A stretch of 62,775 bases of DNA, the filler included, from Phoronis australis (taxonomy: Eukaryota > Animalia > Phoronida): assembly GCA_002633005.1 (NCBI GenBank). It is 9 parts of 9 records of this genome, joined end to end, with 100 filler letters (N's around TTAATTAATTAA, not from the genome) between each part and the next. Parts side by side here need not be neighbours in the genome. Positions count along the whole stretch, not along the records: positions 56,122 to 62,775 come from NMRA01000535.1; 8 more parts are not named here. One strand, 5' to 3'. The notes beneath the pieces were generated by a model, which saw nothing but the letters and a program-made list of their open reading frames with translations, had not been told where the DNA came from and made no database searches. A program made the translations under genes and the position numbers. This document shows, piece by piece, positions 62,030 through 62,775 of the stretch; within the stretch, counting starts at the first letter, position 1; every line of letters begins with the position of its first letter.

Positions 62030-62775
62030 AACAAGAGCAACGCACATTGTTGAAATGCGCCGACGAATGCATCGCAAATGGTGTGCTTCTAGGGTTGTTT
62101 ATTTGAGTCATAAAAATGGCCACTAGATGGAATATGTCATTACGTCTTTAATAGAAAGCTACACACTAAATTTCATAGAAATCTGTCACGGAACTTCGGA
62201 ATTGCCACTAGGGGGAACCCTGTTCATTGGAAAAGGCTGAGGTCGTCACTGTCTGTTGTTAGCTTCATATAAATACACTTACTAATCAAAGTTAATAAAG
62301 ATCCTGCAGTGGGTTTAGGAAATACAGCTATGGGCGCAAAATAAAACTACCACTAGGAGGCGCCACAGTAGTCAAAGTTGCCATCGTCAACCGTCCTCTT
62401 CACGAGACACACTGAGAACATGTTATACGCCTATTTTTTGAAACCATCCTTAGAAGGAGTTGGTTGATAAAGGGGTAGATGCCAAAAAACAGACTAGAAA
62501 ACAGCAAAAATGGCCACTACGTGGTGCAAAATACATTGATTCCATCGGAAAAGAGGATAGCGTCATCTCACCAATAGATGCCCCCATTCAAAATTATCTG
62601 AAAACTCGTTGAGGACCTTTGAAGATATAGAGGTAAACGTAACACTAAAATAGCCACCAGAGGGCACACCAGTAAGCATATCCATCCGAAAATCGTCATC
62701 ATCCGTTGTCAACATCCTATAAACACACTTGTTAAATTTATAGTAAAGATCCTGCTAACGGTCTAGGAGACACAA
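62030..62775 (-). mobile_element. Second, more diverged copy of the Helentron/DINE-like family (3' end plus tandem units; runs off the window)
   Basis: AACAAGAGCAACGCACATTGTTGAAATGCGCC is the reverse complement of the 21350-21380 end. Following units match the reverse complement of the 20040-20940 repeats. Confidence 0.82.

Overview
Eukaryotic (metazoan, probably marine invertebrate; inferred from spliced genes and an invertebrate-type 5S sequence) genomic DNA. It is nine contigs joined by artificial 100-nt linkers (N44-TTAATTAATTAA-N44), so adjacency across linkers may not be real. Host genes, all on the minus strand: a 7-coding-exon zeta-crystallin/quinone oxidoreductase (CRYZ) with a 2-nt frameshift, two exons of an SLC10 bile-acid-transporter-like gene with substituted Na+ ligands, five 5' exons of golgin-97 (GOLGA1) and four internal exons of SAS-6. 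The rest is rich in DNA transposons: a TTAA-flanked Sola3-like element, Helentron/DINE-like elements with arrays of CTCF-like motifs, several MITEs, tRNA-derived SINE heads and a Ulp1-protease remnant. The most striking item is the contig at 37358-41402. It is a spliced Dada-type transposase element with 5S rRNA sequence at both ends, so it looks like a 5S-rDNA-targeting DNA transposon, and one terminus carries a diverged copy of the 5S internal promoter region. All homology calls are from recall of family motifs; no searches were run.
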